In this document: positions 22,874 through 33,190 of the stretch, piece by piece
Layout of the letters: each line of letters begins with the position of its first letter
Numbering within the stretch: the first letter of the stretch is position 1
Source: a virus
Lineage: Duplodnaviria; Caudoviricetes
Virus record (IMG/VR): IMGVR_UViG_2513237143_000002
Span: 2,755 to 66,754 of that record
Strand: one strand, 5' to 3'
DNA length: 64,000 bases
Made by a program: the position numbers and the translations under genes
Notes under the pieces: model-generated
What the model was told of the DNA's origin: nothing
Databases searched by the model: none
What the model saw: the letters and a program-made list of their open reading frames with translations, nothing else

Positions 22874-25117
22874 TCAGTTGATTGCGATGTCGAAAGCGCA
22901 GCACCAATTGTGCAGCGGGTAAGGTTTTCCGGTGAGTTCGGAAATGTCCTCGTCGGGCTGCATGCCGCTGCCCGCGAGATACTCGTAGAGACCGCTGGAG
23001 GTCAGGGGATCGCTATCACGAAGGCAGCCAGCACCGTTGTAGGTCGCCTTGCCTGCATATCGCACGCGGGCGCCAGTCGTGAGCGCACGCGCCGGCGTGA
23101 GCCTGACAACGGCGTCCGCGACGATTTCCGGCGTGAAAGCGACCGGCCCCATGTCATCATAGAGGTCGAACCCCTTGCCAGGAAAATCCACCGGCGTGCG
23201 TCCGTCATAGGGCGTGTCCCAGACCAGCGGCGCCACCGGCACGTGAAAGCCGATGTGGACGCTGCCATCGATCAGTTCAGCAGCAAGCGGCTGTAACGGC
23301 CGCCAGCCCATGCCCCTGATCAGCACCTGGTGCATGACCTTCCCGATCAGGAAGCCAAGCCACCGGGAGCCGTTGGACAGCAAGTGGCCATCGTCGCGGT
23401 TCGGCACGAAATAGTTTGGGCCGACCAGATAGACATCGCGGTTCTCATCGGCGAGTTCGATCTGCGCCATGCCGACAGCCAGCTGCGAGGCGTCATTGGT
23501 AAAGGAGCCACCGGTTTGAGTGATGAAGATCGCCGGAGGATCGGCCGCGCCATAGATCGCCGCAGCGTCGCTTTTGATGTCGGAGAAGATCTGCAGGACG
23601 CGTCCCTTGTAAGTAGCCTTGTCGGTGTTTGCCGTATAGTCAGCCTCGCCTTGGATGTAGACGATGCCGGCCAATCCGCTCGACTTGGATAGGTCATCGG
23701 CCGCCGCTTTGACCTTAGCTGCCCCATCGGGGATCTTGCCGTAGTAATTTGGCGACGCGCCCTTCTGCAGCACGAGAGCTTGCGATGCACCGCGGCTGTT
23801 GATGGTCGGGACGAAAACGCGACTGTCATCGGACTGCACGCCGAGACCCTGCAGCCAAAGCTTCTTGACGAAGCCGATCGCCGCCTCTGTCGGCGTGACG
23901 CCCCATGCCGCCTGATCGGGAGGAAATGCAGATACCTCCGCCGCAGTGTAGAGGGTCGTGCCGTTCGTCACAGTCGCCACCAACGGCTTCAATACCGGCG
24001 ACCCGAAAGTCGGATAGTCGGTCGCCTGCTGGTTGGTGTTCTGTACGCTGTCACCGAGCATGAGGTTGCCGAATTGGTTCGTCTGGATGGCAGGCCACGC
24101 AAGCGAGCCGCGATCGAGAGATTGACCGTAGCTGACGACGTGATTGATGTTCCAAACCGGCCGGGTGACGGCGGAATTGTATTGCGCCGGCGTCTGGGCC
24201 GAAATCGCCAGGCATCGCGCGTTGAGATTGGCGACGGCGTCGCCCTCCTCTCCGCTGCCAAGCCCCAGATTCGGCTTTCCGTCCGACCTGATCTGCGCGG
24301 AGATGAAGCCTAGCGGGTCGGTGAAAGTCATCACCGCACCACGGTCTTCAAGGTCCTCTTTCACCGCAGCCCCGGGCAGCTTGTAGCCTTCATCGGGATC
24401 GATGTCGAGCAGCGCAAATCCGTGCTCGTCGGTGATCAAGGCCCGGGTTCCGGAACTTGGTCCATTAATCTCGGCGCTGGCCGTCTGAATGCCGCCGCGC
24501 GATGTAGCAACGAGCACCTCGAAGCCATGTTCGTCGGCGATGGTCAGGGGCGGGAAGTCTGCGGCCTCCAGGCTCTCCGGCGTGGTTTCCCGCAGTTCGT
24601 CGATGTCGGCGTTCAATGCGCTCTGGTCGCTGACCTCCTGAAACACGATCGCGGTGGTGCCGACGGAGATCGGCGCCCTTGTCGTGCACGCAAACTGCTT
24701 GCCTCGATTTACCGTGCCATTCCTGACGAACACGGCCATCCCGACGATCTCGGCCTCGGCATTGGCATCGGAAACGCGTGTCCAGGCGCCAGCTCCGGTC
24801 AGATAGATGCCGTTCTCGGCGGTATTCGTCTGGTTTTTGACGAGGATGCGCGAGCCACCGGTCGCGAATCCATCGACCGTTTGCTCGCCGAATAGCGCGA
24901 CATTGCCGGTCGTGGCGACCGCAACCGGAGCCTTCCATTGCGCTCCGTTTACGGCCAGCGTCCTCACGCCGTCGACTTCGGAAGAGATTTCGTCCACCCG
25001 AGTTTGAATTGTCGGACCGACCTCCTGCCGAATTCGGCGTTTATCCGGTTCTGTCGGTGACGACGCCGGCCCGTCCTCCCAAACCGAGTTGAAGACGTCG
25101 ACTATTTCATTTGCCAT
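22874..25117 (-). CDS. Tail spike/fibre with an SGNH (sialate-O-acetylesterase-like) domain
   Basis: Phage anchor RILVKNQTNTAENGIY; YGQSL, IQGEAD and DGHL catalytic blocks. Confidence 0.8.
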   Translation of the reverse strand: MANEIVDVFNSVWEDGPASSPTEPDKRRIRQEVGPTIQTRVDEISSEVDGVRTLAVNGAQWKAPVAVATTGNVALFGEQTVDGFATGGSRILVKNQTNTAENGIYLTGAGAWTRVSDANAEAEIVGMAVFVRNGTVNRGKQFACTTRAPISVGTTAIVFQEVSDQSALNADIDELRETTPESLEAADFPPLTIADEHGFEVLVATSRGGIQTASAEINGPSSGTRALITDEHGFALLDIDPDEGYKLPGAAVKEDLEDRGAVMTFTDPLGFISAQIRSDGKPNLGLGSGEEGDAVANLNARCLAISAQTPAQYNSAVTRPVWNINHVVSYGQSLDRGSLAWPAIQTNQFGNLMLGDSVQNTNQQATDYPTFGSPVLKPLVATVTNGTTLYTAAEVSAFPPDQAAWGVTPTEAAIGFVKKLWLQGLGVQSDDSRVFVPTINSRGASQALVLQKGASPNYYGKIPDGAAKVKAAADDLSKSSGLAGIVYIQGEADYTANTDKATYKGRVLQIFSDIKSDAAAIYGAADPPAIFITQTGGSFTNDASQLAVGMAQIELADENRDVYLVGPNYFVPNRDDGHLLSNGSRWLGFLIGKVMHQVLIRGMGWRPLQPLAAELIDGSVHIGFHVPVAPLVWDTPYDGRTPVDFPGKGFDLYDDMGPVAFTPEIVADAVVRLTPARALTTGARVRYAGKATYNGAGCLRDSDPLTSSGLYEYLAGSGMQPDEDISELTGKPYPLHNWCCAFDIAIN

Positions 25118-25181
25118 TTAGACCCCCATGGGAAAGCACTCCGGCGCTCGGCCAGAGTGCTCGAATTGAAAGTTGTGCAGA

Positions 25182-27782
25182 TCAGATGATGGTGAGGGTG
25201 ATCGGGCCTGAAGTTGGCCCAGCTATCCCTGAGCCGTTGATTGGCACGGCATAGAAGTCCCAAGTTCCCTGCGGGGCGCACGCCGCGGTCTCTTCATACA
25301 AATAGACATTGTCGATCGAGCCCACGAACGTTGCGCTGCCCCTGATACCGAAGATGGTAGTTGCCGCGACGACAGTCGTCGTCTCGAGGAACGTCCCGGT
25401 GGCATTGCGCGCCGTGCCCTCGTAGTGGTTCGTTCCATTTGTCAGGCGCGATATGCAGGACCCGGCGCTGAATGCCGTGATCGTGTATGCCAGCCTACCC
25501 TTCTTTCCAGCGCCGATCGCCGCCGGCTGCCGAATTAGGGTGTTGTTGCCGGCGGCCTTGCTTGCGACACCGCTACCAATCGACCAGCCGGTTTCCAGCG
25601 TCCACGGCCCCGGCGACACGGAGAAGTCGCCGTCTGTTAGCAAGTTGGCCCGCGTGGCGTCACCATAGGTGTAGCTGTAGGAAGCGGACGGGCCTACAGC
25701 CAGAGACGCGATCGGTGTTTCTGCATCAGGATCAAACGCTATCCCTGCGGCGACGCGATAGAGGTCCACCGACCGAACATGAGCATCATTGCCGGTCGAG
25801 AACGCGAAAGCTGCGTTACCAAGCCGTGGCGCCGATCCAGTCGGCGTGAAGGACGTGAGTGCAGCAGGGGGTGTAGGATCTGACGTTGAAGTGACGGTTT
25901 CGGTAACGGACCAGTTCGAGTATCGCCGGTTGGACGCTATGAAGGCCACTTGAATATCAAGAACCTTGTCGGCCGGGACGTTCCCGGTGGAAAGGTCGAT
26001 GTACCCGCCGGAAGGCTCTGCGCTTGGGTTCTGTTGCTCAACCCAGGCTCCCGGTGTCCCGAGGCCATCAGCATCGGCTACCCTGTAGCGAACGACCGGC
26101 GTGAAGCTGCCGTCCTCCGGATCGATAATGACGACGCGGATATAGACGCTGCCGCCGTTTGCCTTCGCCTGGATGAGATTGATGACCGGCGTCGGAATGT
26201 TCGAAACATTCACTGCCGGCGGTACCGGCGGCTGCTGCCCCTCCTCCGTCGCCGGGTTCCAGTCGTCAATCCCTTCAGGATGCTCGATGAAATCCATCGT
26301 GAAGCCGCCCTTCGTGAGGGCGACGATGGAACGTCGGTTCTCGATCAGTTTCCCATCCAGCTTCGGCAGCCGCTTGGGCGTATCCAGCCGGACCCACCGT
26401 GCATAGACGGCATTGATACCGGAAAGGCGAACATCAAGGCTGCCCTTCACCTCCTGCCGCTGCCGGAGCCAATCACGCTTGCCGAGGCGCCGCGCTTGCC
26501 GCCACTGGTGGCACCATTCGTAACTCCCCTCCATGGTGAGGACGCGGCCGGCTGCGATCTGCGCGTCCGTATCCTCGAAGAAGTCGGTATCGCAGCTCGT
26601 GTAGTTCGTCGCCGGATATGTGAATTTCGGGACGAGGCGGTTGCACTCGTCCTCGAAAAGCACGCCGTACTGGACGTTGTGGCCGACGATATCGGCATCG
26701 GTCAGCGTTGCCGTCCTGCTTTCGCGGAACTTGCCGACGGTCAGGATGCGGGCGCCGTCGCCGCGAGCGACCAGGTGACCGTCGCACGTGGCGAGAATAG
26801 CGTTCAGTCCGGACTTCGGGCCGTTTTCGGTCGTATCCCAGCCGTTGCACTGATAGCGCTTCTCCGTGCCGCCACCGGCAAGAGGGACATCCTCATCACA
26901 GATGTCGGCTTCCTCTTTCCAGAGATCGATGACCGGCAGGAGGGCCTTCTGGTAATCGAGGCCGAATCCGAACTCGTTGAAGCAGAGATGCCAAGCCAAG
27001 ATGACCGCAGAGTTGCGCGTCCAGGTCCAAGTGCTCGGGTCGGTCGGGCTCTGTGCCGGATCGCGGAAGTCCCAGCAATAAGCCCCATCGATCTCCACCG
27101 AAGGAGACGGCGCTCCGTACGGAAATGCCGTCTGCTGGTCCTGCGCGTCGGCATTGTGCGCCCGCATAGCGAGAGAGGCTTGCCCGTCGCCTCGATGATC
27201 GTTGGTCCAGATGCCGTCCGCGCCCAGTGCGGAGACGAGCTCGGCATAGGGCGTTTCGGGGTTCGCGCCGAGGCGCGTGTACAGCCTGACGTTCGCGGAG
27301 CCCGCGCCGTACCGGCCGCCTGTCGTGAGCGGCGTGACGACATTGTCGACGACTGTCACTTCATCGTCGTTCAGGTAGAACCGGTTGAACGACTTGATCC
27401 GGTGGCCGGCGATGGCCTGCACCGAATAGAGGTTGGAGCCCTTCGCCTCCCACATCATCCGCGCGCCGGCGACGCGGGTGCGGCCCACGGCATAGATGCG
27501 GAACGGAATTGCCTGGTTAAGCGGAGCTCGACCGTCTTCGGGCTTCGGTGGCTTCGGTGCTTGCGCCAGAAGCGCCTGCAGGCCGATAGAGATGGCGGTC
27601 GTTGCAATCGCCGAAGCAATAGACGCGTAGGAGATGGACGCAACGCCAATATTGAACGCACCAGTGCCGAGAACCGCGGTGAAGATCGGCGTGAAGATCG
27701 GATCGAACAGAACTTCGCTGTAAAGCGACGTCGTGCAGCCCAGCCCATAGCGCTGCAGCATCATGCGGTGATGGAAACTCAT
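25182..27782 (-). CDS. Host-specificity/central tail protein
   Basis: Tail J-like N-terminus (AVGRTRVAG), Fn3/Ig-like and carbohydrate-binding-like C-terminal parts. Confidence 0.85.
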   Translation of the reverse strand: MSFHHRMMLQRYGLGCTTSLYSEVLFDPIFTPIFTAVLGTGAFNIGVASISYASIASAIATTAISIGLQALLAQAPKPPKPEDGRAPLNQAIPFRIYAVGRTRVAGARMMWEAKGSNLYSVQAIAGHRIKSFNRFYLNDDEVTVVDNVVTPLTTGGRYGAGSANVRLYTRLGANPETPYAELVSALGADGIWTNDHRGDGQASLAMRAHNADAQDQQTAFPYGAPSPSVEIDGAYCWDFRDPAQSPTDPSTWTWTRNSAVILAWHLCFNEFGFGLDYQKALLPVIDLWKEEADICDEDVPLAGGGTEKRYQCNGWDTTENGPKSGLNAILATCDGHLVARGDGARILTVGKFRESRTATLTDADIVGHNVQYGVLFEDECNRLVPKFTYPATNYTSCDTDFFEDTDAQIAAGRVLTMEGSYEWCHQWRQARRLGKRDWLRQRQEVKGSLDVRLSGINAVYARWVRLDTPKRLPKLDGKLIENRRSIVALTKGGFTMDFIEHPEGIDDWNPATEEGQQPPVPPAVNVSNIPTPVINLIQAKANGGSVYIRVVIIDPEDGSFTPVVRYRVADADGLGTPGAWVEQQNPSAEPSGGYIDLSTGNVPADKVLDIQVAFIASNRRYSNWSVTETVTSTSDPTPPAALTSFTPTGSAPRLGNAAFAFSTGNDAHVRSVDLYRVAAGIAFDPDAETPIASLAVGPSASYSYTYGDATRANLLTDGDFSVSPGPWTLETGWSIGSGVASKAAGNNTLIRQPAAIGAGKKGRLAYTITAFSAGSCISRLTNGTNHYEGTARNATGTFLETTTVVAATTIFGIRGSATFVGSIDNVYLYEETAACAPQGTWDFYAVPINGSGIAGPTSGPITLTII

Positions 27783-28198
27783 ACGTTCAGATCTCCATCC
27801 GGCGCACGCCAGGCGGCAACGTGATCAAGTTTCTTGGCGATGACACCGGATGGCGCCAGTAGAGCCCAGAGCGGGCCGAAACGGATGGCGCAGACTTCGT
27901 TGACGCCAGCCATGCCCGCAGGAGCGAGCACAACGCCGACATCACCGTCTTGCAGATCGACGGTGCGCACAAAGCCGAGCGGCTCAAGGGCCGCCGCGGC
28001 AAACGCCACGAGGCCGCCGGCCCGGGCCAGAATGTCGTGAGCGCCTTCGGCCGTGCTGTATGTGCCGCGATAAGCGGCCGCGGGATCGACGCCGACGCTT
28101 TCGCGCAGCCACGTTCCGCAGAAGGTCGTGCAGTCATCGCCAGCAACCCCGCCCCACCGGAACTGGTGCGGCAGGCTAAGAAATTCCTGCAGTGTCAT
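27779..28198 (-). CDS. NlpC/P60-like (DUF6950) tail protein
   Basis: FRWG...DCTTFCGTW...YRGTY and GDVG motifs. Confidence 0.8.
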   Translation of the reverse strand: MTLQEFLSLPHQFRWGGVAGDDCTTFCGTWLRESVGVDPAAAYRGTYSTAEGAHDILARAGGLVAFAAAALEPLGFVRTVDLQDGDVGVVLAPAGMAGVNEVCAIRFGPLWALLAPSGVIAKKLDHVAAWRAPDGDLNV

Positions 28199-28206
28199 GG
28201 CAATCC

Positions 28207-28806
28207 TTAGAAATTCGGCCAGACTGGCTGAACGCCCCTGGCGAGCCGGCTCGTGCCGTCGCAAAACTTGTCAGTTTCCGAGACCGCCTTTTGATGAGGA
28301 GACGACCAGACCGACCGTGCGCCGCGAGACCGCGTCGCCTCGCCTGTCACAACGGCAAGAGAAAGCGTGATGCTCGGGCTATCGCCCTCCTCAACTGGCG
28401 GGCTCACCTCCCCGGTATGAGAAGCGGTCCCGGTCCAGATCGGAATGATGTTGCTCATCGGCTGGAAATACCGATCGAGCGTCGTCAGTCCCATCTGGAC
28501 GGCCGCACCACGCACCGGCGGCAGGCTGTCAAGCATCTTCGCCGAGGTCGTAGGATCGAGACCAGAAAGGGTGAACTCGACACTGTCCGCGGTACCGTTG
28601 ACCAATATCTCGAGTGTTGGCACGCCGATGAGACGGCCGCCACCGAGATAGACCGTCCCGGTCGGGTCGATGCTATCGAAATTGGCCGGAATGTCGTTGA
28701 TCCCGAACCAGAGATGCAAGGCAGGATCCGTGTCGACCCTGAGGAAGATGCCGAGCTGATGGCTGCCGCGCATCTCCTCGATGATGTGTGCGGGGACGAA
28801 CTCCAT
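28207..28806 (-). CDS. Minor tail protein
   Basis: Position and composition within the tail-tip module. Confidence 0.75.
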   Translation of the reverse strand: MEFVPAHIIEEMRGSHQLGIFLRVDTDPALHLWFGINDIPANFDSIDPTGTVYLGGGRLIGVPTLEILVNGTADSVEFTLSGLDPTTSAKMLDSLPPVRGAAVQMGLTTLDRYFQPMSNIIPIWTGTASHTGEVSPPVEEGDSPSITLSLAVVTGEATRSRGARSVWSSPHQKAVSETDKFCDGTSRLARGVQPVWPNF

Positions 28807-29540
28807 CAGAACGCCTCCGTAAACTGAAGCGTCGGCCGCGAGTGATACCAGCCCTCATAATCCCAGGGCAGCGTGAAGCCGCGAGGGAACTTCATGACGC
28901 ACATTGGCCGCGCAAGCTCGACGCGAGTTCCGGCGGTCACCGCCTCGCGCAACGGAGGAGCGATAGCAAGCGTGTAGACCGGGTTGGTTTCGCTCGTCTT
29001 AGAGATGACCTCCCAGTATCGATATGCGCGCCAGCCCTTGGTCGAGTGGTAGATCGAGAACCAATCCGACCAACGCAGCGGCCGCGCTGCGCCGTAGACG
29101 CGCATTTTCAGGATCCCGGCTCCGAGGCCGGCCGCTTCCGTCACCTCGCCGTAGACCGTCGCCTGGCTGTAGCCGGAACCGTCCGAGAAGAACGAACCGT
29201 CGGAATGGGGAATGCCCTTGATGATCGGCCGCTTCTTGCCGTCGATGACCGGAAACGGTCCGATGCCGTCATTGATGATGGGGACGTTGAAGAAGCGATA
29301 GCCGCCGTTCCCACGTGCCCCGAGCCAGTTGATGACCTCGTGCCGCTCTGTGTCTTCAGCCTGCAGGACGCACCGCTCATAGACGGCAGTGACGATACCG
29401 CCGCCGCTGGTCTCGATGCTGATCGACTCCCCGACGCCATTGACGCCGCCGTCGATCGCCGACCCGGGATTGTCGAAACTCGCCCGGGTCGGCCGTAGAT
29501 ACATGATCGGCACAGTCGGCTGGTTGATGTAGACTGCCAT
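28806..29540 (-). CDS. Distal tail (Dit-like) protein
   Basis: Immediately downstream of the tape measure gene. Confidence 0.7.
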   Translation of the reverse strand: MAVYINQPTVPIMYLRPTRASFDNPGSAIDGGVNGVGESISIETSGGGIVTAVYERCVLQAEDTERHEVINWLGARGNGGYRFFNVPIINDGIGPFPVIDGKKRPIIKGIPHSDGSFFSDGSGYSQATVYGEVTEAAGLGAGILKMRVYGAARPLRWSDWFSIYHSTKGWRAYRYWEVISKTSETNPVYTLAIAPPLREAVTAGTRVELARPMCVMKFPRGFTLPWDYEGWYHSRPTLQFTEAF

Positions 29541-29543
29541 CCA

Positions 29544-32429
29544 TCAGCCTTTCTGCGCTACAAATCGCTTCTGCGTTTCCCCGAAGCCGACGCGGCGCTG
29601 CTGCTCGTTATACTGAGACAGAGCCTGCCCAACGCCTTGCCGCACAAGGGCCCGGACGTGCTCATCGCCGTTGGCACCGATCACGTTCACGTTGAGGTTG
29701 GCCGGAGCGTTGCTGTTATTGCCGTTGCCGCCCATCATGCGGGCGCTCCGGTTGGTGTCGAACACCTGCGATCCACGCGGCAAGTTGACAAGTTCCGGAC
29801 CGCGTTCGCCGACGACCGACAATCCGCCAGGCGCGTAGCTCGTGCCGTCGGCGTAGAGGCCTATACCGCCCTTCAACCAAGCGCTCGCAAACTGGCCGGA
29901 TCCCGAAAACAGTCCCATGCCGTATTTCGTCAGGCCGCTTAGAATGCCGCTACCGCCGCCGTTTGCCATGAGCGCCTGCGGGATGCTTTGGAGGGTCGAA
30001 CCGAGCTGCACGAGGCCCTGAGTTGCCTGCTGCGCGGTTCCGCCGAACTTCGACAACGCCTCTTCGGCTCCGTCGAGCCGGCCGGCAAAGTTGTGAGCGC
30101 CTTCAGGGTTGCCCCAGGAAAAGCCCGACGGCCGCTCGAAGCCGGCGAATGCCGCGGTCGCGCCGCGAACGTCCTTGGCGCTCCTCAATGCCTGCCATGC
30201 GCGGCTCTCCGGCCCCATGAGCTCGCTATAGGCGAATTCATGCTGCGCGAGTGCGTTGCTCAGGTTTCCCTTCCCGCCGATCGCATTGAACAGGTTGTTC
30301 CTGCGGTCGTTGTGCTGGTAGAGCCCGAAGGCGTTTCCACCGTCACCGACGGCGAGCGGGTTGAAGGCGCTTTCGGCCTTGATGTTGCCGAGGACGCCGG
30401 CGACCTGATGGTCGGCGAGACCCTTCGACTTCCAGAAGTTCCAAGCCAGTTGCGCACCGGACCCGGAAACAGGACCGAGCGACGAACGCGCCACGGCGCC
30501 AACCGGGGCGGCAAAGGTCGCGTTATCGTTCGCAGCCCCACCGAGCAGGTTGCTCACAACGCCCCCGGCCCCGGAAGACTTCCCGCTTCCGCCGGTCAGC
30601 CAATTGCCGGCAGCGGTAGCCAGCTGATCAAAGATGGCACCCCAAGCCTTTTCGCTGGCCTTCTGCGCAGCACTCAAAGCCGACTTGACGATTGCATCAC
30701 CGATCTTGCCGCCGTTCGCCCATGCCTCCTGGTGAATGCCGTCGAAGAACCCCTTGAAGGCGTCCTTCGCTTCATCACGCCGCAAGCCTTGGCGGATTGC
30801 GTTGGCCTCAGGGGAATTCAGGTCCTCATTGAAGCCGTAGCGGGTGAGCGTGGTCGCTACCTGCCGATCGATGATGCTGCGCTCGGCCTGGCGCTCCTGA
30901 AACGAAATGTCGAGCCAGAAGTCAGCCTTCGCCTCGGCAGCCTGGCGATAGGCCTTGGTGACGTCGTCGACCTTCTCCTTCTGCGTTTCGAGCTCGAAGA
31001 AGTTCGGCTTCTGCCCCGGTACTGGGACGGCCGTCAGCCGGCCATCAGAATTTAGGATGGTGGTCGCATCCGGATCGCCGCTCAGTTCGATATTCGGCCG
31101 GCTGGTCGGAACACCCGGGTTGCGCGGCATAAAGTCCGCGGTGCGCATCGTCCTGCCGTTTTCGGTGAAGAACGATCCGGAGATAATGTCCTGAACGTTA
31201 TCGGCGCCGGCGATGCCCGCAATCCAAGCAGCGCGCGCTTCGCGTGAAGCCTCGATGCTGTCTCGGATCGACTTGGTAATGAGGTCGAAGGCGTCCCGAA
31301 ACCCGAGAACGGACTTAATGCCATATCGGTCCACCGCTTCAGACAAGAAGCGCTGGGCGTTGTTGATGTCCGCTATGGATGCGGTACCCTCGTCGAGGCG
31401 CTCGCGCAGGTCACCGAAGGCCTGCGAGAAATCCCGGATGAATGCGGGGTCAGCGTCGATGCTACGGAGTCCGCGAACCGCCTCGGAGAACTGCCGGTTG
31501 ACACCCTGCAACTCCTCGCCGAGGCCCTCTAGCTCACGCCCGGCCAGGATCTCTCCTGCTTCCCGGCCCTGAGTGATCTTGTCGGCGCGGTCGAGCTCGT
31601 CGACATAGGCCTTCAACTGCGGCGCAGCGTCGCCCCAGAGGGCGGCCGCGCGGCGGATCAGGTCGTTCTGCTCTTCGAAGAGCTTGCTCGTCTTGTCGGT
31701 CCCGCTTTCGGCCGACATGAAGTACTGGACGAGCGCGGCGGTACCGGCGGTCAAGCCAATCGTGATCAACGATACTGGGCTGATGAGCGATGCAAAGGCA
31801 GAGGCCAGACCTGAGACTGGCCGCTCCATCGACCCGAGAACGGATGCAAGCTGCGTGCCCTGCTGCAGGCCGATCATCAGCGGGTTCATGCCCATGGCGG
31901 CCGTGACGGCGATGTCCTGAAACTGGAACGCAGCATTGGCAGAGTTGAAGCCCTGCGCGCCCGGCCGGTTCGTGTTCGCAGCCTTCACCGCAGCGCCGGC
32001 AGCCGTCGCCGACGTCTTCAGCCGCTCATAGGCCTGGCGCTCGCGATCGAGCGCCTGCGTCATCTCCTGCGCCGTGATGGCGCCGAGCTTGTGGGCCCGC
32101 TGGATTTCGCCGATCGACGCCTCGTAATCGCGCGTGGCTTTCGCCAACGGCTGATACTTCAGCGTGAGTCGCTCGACTTCCATCCGGAAGGCGCGCACAT
32201 GCTCGTCCTGCGCCCCGAACGAGCGGCCGAGATCGTCAATCGGAGGCTTTAGCTTGCCCGCTCCCTGCCCGGCCTTCCCCAGAGCATCGCCCAGCTGCTC
32301 GAATTCGTTCTCGAGCTTGCTCACGCCCTGCTGAGTGCGAGTGGCGGCCGCAGTGAGCCTGTCGAGATCCGCTGCGCCTGTAACTGCCGGCGAGCTATCG
32401 ATCTTGAAACCAAGGGTCGCTTCAGACAT
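29544..32429 (-). CDS. Tape measure protein with a phage-tail lysozyme domain
   Basis: FQFQDIAV..AMGMNPLMIGLQQGTQ; VAGVLGNIKAESAFNP...GLYQH; ADGT...VVGERGPELV. Confidence 0.92.
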   Translation of the reverse strand: MSEATLGFKIDSSPAVTGAADLDRLTAAATRTQQGVSKLENEFEQLGDALGKAGQGAGKLKPPIDDLGRSFGAQDEHVRAFRMEVERLTLKYQPLAKATRDYEASIGEIQRAHKLGAITAQEMTQALDRERQAYERLKTSATAAGAAVKAANTNRPGAQGFNSANAAFQFQDIAVTAAMGMNPLMIGLQQGTQLASVLGSMERPVSGLASAFASLISPVSLITIGLTAGTAALVQYFMSAESGTDKTSKLFEEQNDLIRRAAALWGDAAPQLKAYVDELDRADKITQGREAGEILAGRELEGLGEELQGVNRQFSEAVRGLRSIDADPAFIRDFSQAFGDLRERLDEGTASIADINNAQRFLSEAVDRYGIKSVLGFRDAFDLITKSIRDSIEASREARAAWIAGIAGADNVQDIISGSFFTENGRTMRTADFMPRNPGVPTSRPNIELSGDPDATTILNSDGRLTAVPVPGQKPNFFELETQKEKVDDVTKAYRQAAEAKADFWLDISFQERQAERSIIDRQVATTLTRYGFNEDLNSPEANAIRQGLRRDEAKDAFKGFFDGIHQEAWANGGKIGDAIVKSALSAAQKASEKAWGAIFDQLATAAGNWLTGGSGKSSGAGGVVSNLLGGAANDNATFAAPVGAVARSSLGPVSGSGAQLAWNFWKSKGLADHQVAGVLGNIKAESAFNPLAVGDGGNAFGLYQHNDRRNNLFNAIGGKGNLSNALAQHEFAYSELMGPESRAWQALRSAKDVRGATAAFAGFERPSGFSWGNPEGAHNFAGRLDGAEEALSKFGGTAQQATQGLVQLGSTLQSIPQALMANGGGSGILSGLTKYGMGLFSGSGQFASAWLKGGIGLYADGTSYAPGGLSVVGERGPELVNLPRGSQVFDTNRSARMMGGNGNNSNAPANLNVNVIGANGDEHVRALVRQGVGQALSQYNEQQRRVGFGETQKRFVAQKG

Positions 32430-32435
32430 CGGCTA

Positions 32436-33190
32436 TCACTTCTTGCTTGGGAACAGCGCATCGAAGAGACGCGCGGAGAGCGGACGCTCTGAGACTTTCG
32501 GCTTCTCTGGCTCGGGCTCATCCTTCGGCGCCATGATCTCGCGGCGCTTCAGGTCCATTGCCAGGATGGCATCGAGTTGCCACTGCTTGAGGACGAGGCC
32601 GCGAAGCCTCGCCCATTCTCCAATTGCCTGAAACCCGATAGCGTTGGGCCCGTAGCCGTTCCCGGTGCGCTGGCTGTCCAACTCTCGGAACCACCACCAG
32701 ACCTGTTGGCCGGCAGCGGGGATAGCGAGCTTCTTACCTTCGTGCTGATCGACGATAAGGCTGCAGAGCCGGTCGATCAGCCTTTGGTAAAAGAGCCGCG
32801 GCGAACCGCGCGAACCTCTACCTGCTCACGGATGATCCGGAACTTGGTGTAGAGGTTTCGAACATTCTCCTCCGAGAAGGGAACAACACTGCCGCCGATC
32901 TTTGGATTCGGTGACCAGCTGACGGTCGCCTTCGCTAGAATGGCAACCAAGCGAGCATCGCTGTCGTAGGCCGGCGCCTCACCCAGGCTTTCGCGCTCGG
33001 CTGCCGCCTTGGCAAACTCGGCGGCAACATCGCGCATTGCTTTTTGCATCCGGTCGCTATCCGGACCGACTACACGGATTTTCAGGCCGATCGGCTTGTC
33101 CTGCTCATTGAGGATATCGATCTCGATGCCCTCCTCCTGAGACTGGACGAGGGCTTCGAGGCCGGAAAGGTCGACAAACTCTTCAGCCAT
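32436..33190 (-). CDS. Tail assembly chaperones G (32777-33190) and GT via -1 frameshift
   Basis: G ends ...GGC TCT TTT ACC AAA GGC TGA; the -1 frame from the T4 run (32789-32792) is open to 32436. Confidence 0.8.

Noticed and set aside
25950-27824. 624-aa plus-strand ORF
   Set aside because: Antisense shadow of the host-specificity gene.
29988-31055. 355-aa plus-strand ORF
   Set aside because: Antisense shadow of the tape measure gene.
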